From assembly GCA_008632985.1 (NCBI GenBank), contig QPGO01000128.1, positions 1 to 64,000 of the forward strand: a stretch of 64,000 bases of DNA, in the 5' to 3' direction. The DNA comes from Psammoneis japonica. Its lineage: Eukaryota. A model generated the notes under the pieces. It saw only the letters and a list, made by a program, of their open reading frames with translations, had not been told where the DNA came from and did not search any database. Of this stretch, positions 61,698 through 64,000 are shown in pieces. Position numbers and translations under genes: made by a program. Positions within the stretch are counted from its first letter, which is position 1; each line of letters starts with the position of its first letter.

Positions 61698-62350
61698 TTC
61701 AAGTTGGATAGAAGTTGTAGACTTTTAGGAAGCTGGTTGTTTTCCTGGTTGTTTTCCTCTTTGGCTGCGTCTTGGGCTACAACTGCAGAAGACTCACTCT
61801 ATTAAAACTTAACTGGCTACTCGTCGCAACGTCATTACCTCCTCGAACATAACTTATTTAGTACAACTACAGGTGTGGTTATCGTCACTACTGTTTGGTA
61901 GAACGTGCTGTAACCTTTTCGCCCGGTTCGCCGACGACGGTGCAAGAAACGATACCGTCGCTTGTCGATTGCAGATTTTCGAAAAAGCGGCGTTTCTCGA
62001 TGCCGTTGAAAGAATGGGACAATGTGGGACATCATCTAGAGCAGCTAGCACTCTTTGCATTTACGGTAGGAGGAGTCTTTGTTCTAATCGGCAACTCCCT
62101 CTTTCTCCAGGAATGGCGCTCTACTAGTTGCTATGACGACCTCTACAGGATACTGTAGCTCACACAAAACTTATGTACCGGTAGATAGGCTAGACAATGA
62201 TAGAGTTGCTACTCTAGGGCCTACGGTAACCCCTATTGAACAAAATCATCCCATTTTAAAATACATCATATAAAGAGTTGTTGTTGATACAAGAGTTAAA
62301 AACAAATTACTCGATATTACATAGAAACTAAAACAACAGCCATCATATGT

Positions 62351-63563
62351 TTAGGCCATGGCACCACCTTGCTTGGAAAGATCCGCCTTGCTTCCCTTGG
62401 TAAGCTTGGCATGAAGCATGGCGGCATAGACGGCAAGCAAAACGGTTCCAATAATGAAAAAGGCCAAGGCAAACTTTTGTCCACCCGTCGTCTTTCCGCC
62501 GCCACCAAACGTGCCACTGGAACCACTGACCTGAATCTCTCCATTTTCATTGTAGGTACCCGACTCGAGCGCGGAAATAAAGCTGCAGACAATGTCTTCC
62601 TGAGCAAGCTGGTTCTCGTATCCATAGTAGTTGGAGTAGCCATCATCAAATCCGTGAACCTTCTCGCACTTGCCGGCAAGCTCGTAAAGCTGTTGGCACA
62701 TGTCGACAACCTCGGGTTCTTCGTATCCATTGTTGTTTCCGTCGTTTTCGGGAGGAACCAAGCAAGAGACACACGATTCGTCGCCGTAGGTCTTTTTCAT
62801 GAGAGCATAGGAAAGCTGAAAGTATCCTCCATTGTCATTGACAAGGTAGTCCTGAACATCGGCATTCTCCTTGACCAAGTTGCACTCCTCATCGGTAAAG
62901 ACACCAATCTTGATCTTGTATCCATTGTTGGTGCAAATGGGACCGGCGTAAAGAGCTTGGGCGCGGTCGTCTTCGGGGTCGTAAATCATTTGGCACTCGA
63001 TAAATTCCGAAGCCTCAATGTATCCATTGTCCTCCATGTTTTCCATCATCTGGCACTCATCATAACAGGACGAGCAAAAGTCTTCCGAAAGCTTGTTGCC
63101 CTGATCATCATAGGCATATCCGTTCTGCCTGTCTGCAATTGTCACACGCCTGGCAGTACTCCTCATCCTGTTCTTGTTGGTACTGAATCGCCGCTTCCAA
63201 GTACTCTTCAAGCGAAATCACATACTCGCCGTATCCATAGTTGCATTGTCCGCAGTCCGAATCGGGACAGAGACGGAAAATAACAAAGCGTTGCGTCCCG
63301 AGAACGGTTCCCGCCTCTTCGTTTTCGGCAAGCTCATCGTCGTAGGCCTTGACAAATTGGCACTGCTCAAACTTGACCGAGTACTTGGAAATGTCCGGCA
63401 TGTACTCTTGGTCGAGCTTACGCATCTGCGAGTTGGCAGTCTCCGTGGCGCCGCGTACCAACTTGTTCACGTAAGACGACTTGGCCGAGTTGGTCGACTT
63501 GGCCGCAAAGGGATTGGCCGACGCCGAAGCGGCAAGGAGGGCAAAGACGCACGCAAACTTCAT
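62351..63563 (-). CDS. Silicanin-like single-pass membrane protein (signal peptide, RKL motif, acidic Cys-rich lumenal domain, C-terminal TM); frameshift near 63125
   Basis: MKFACVFALLAASASA, MRKLDQE, YSVKFEQC, RFVIFRLCP..C..CNYGYGEYVI, YAGPIC, IGVFTDEEC, CQQLYELAGKCE, TM FALAFFIIGTVLLAVYAAML and a short basic tail. Acceptor-like TTTTGCAG just before the ATG suggests a 5-prime UTR intron. Confidence 0.75.
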
Positions 63564-64000
63564 TTTTATCTGCAAAAGAAAAAAATGACACGAAAATTGT
63601 GTGAGGCACGATTTGAAAAGTGATTTATGGTGACGAAGAAAATATATCATTGATGGATATACAGCTGCGAAGACATCATTCACAGGATACTTGGCGATGT
63701 CGAAAAAATGATGCGTTTCGAAACTTGCATGACGATGGTTGCTGCTGTACTGCTCCCGACGCCGCTTATATAAATAATCGCCAGTCATATGATGATACCG
63801 TGATAAGACTGAAAGCGAGAGATACACGACGACGACAACACACAGAGAGCGTGACGCCGAACGACGACGAAAAAAACAGGCTCTTCTTTGACCATGACAA
63901 CGACGCAACGGCACCGTCACGATCACGCCGTCCACTAACAATTACAACGCTACTCCCATAGAGCACATTAGCCAAGACATCACCGCCGCCGCCATGTTGT

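Overview
Eukaryotic genomic DNA, most likely from a pennate diatom (CoDi-like Copia relic, silicanin-like membrane protein, short GT-AG introns). The window alternates between two kinds of sequence. (1) Islands of ordinary composition carry intact or nearly intact genes: an HNWD-like NLR (HET/TIR-like domain, NACHT, near-identical WD40 array), threonine synthase, a DUF2985-like protein, a fucosyltransferase-like GT, a sequon-repeat secreted protein, two LamG paralogs, LSm8, an HPAT/SGT1-like GT, NAD(H) kinase, a U-box-like membrane protein and a silicanin-like protein. (2) Five sharply bounded domains (about 3.7-12.1, 19.5-25.4, 28.9-31.6, 35.0-52.1 and 53.4-56.3 kb; more than half the window) have lost almost all TpA and are rich in TpG/CpA. 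In these domains recognisable proteins (Copia pol, a dynamin-like GTPase, two HCF101 copies, a PIF1-like fragment) show Cys/His where Tyr is expected. Paired repeat copies differ by CA versus TG, and the few surviving TpA sites are mostly YTAR. This points to a region-targeted TpA->TpG/CpA (A-to-G at TAY) hypermutation process opposite in direction to fungal RIP, which is the main candidate for an undescribed system. All family assignments come from motif recognition, no searches were run, and counts are manual.
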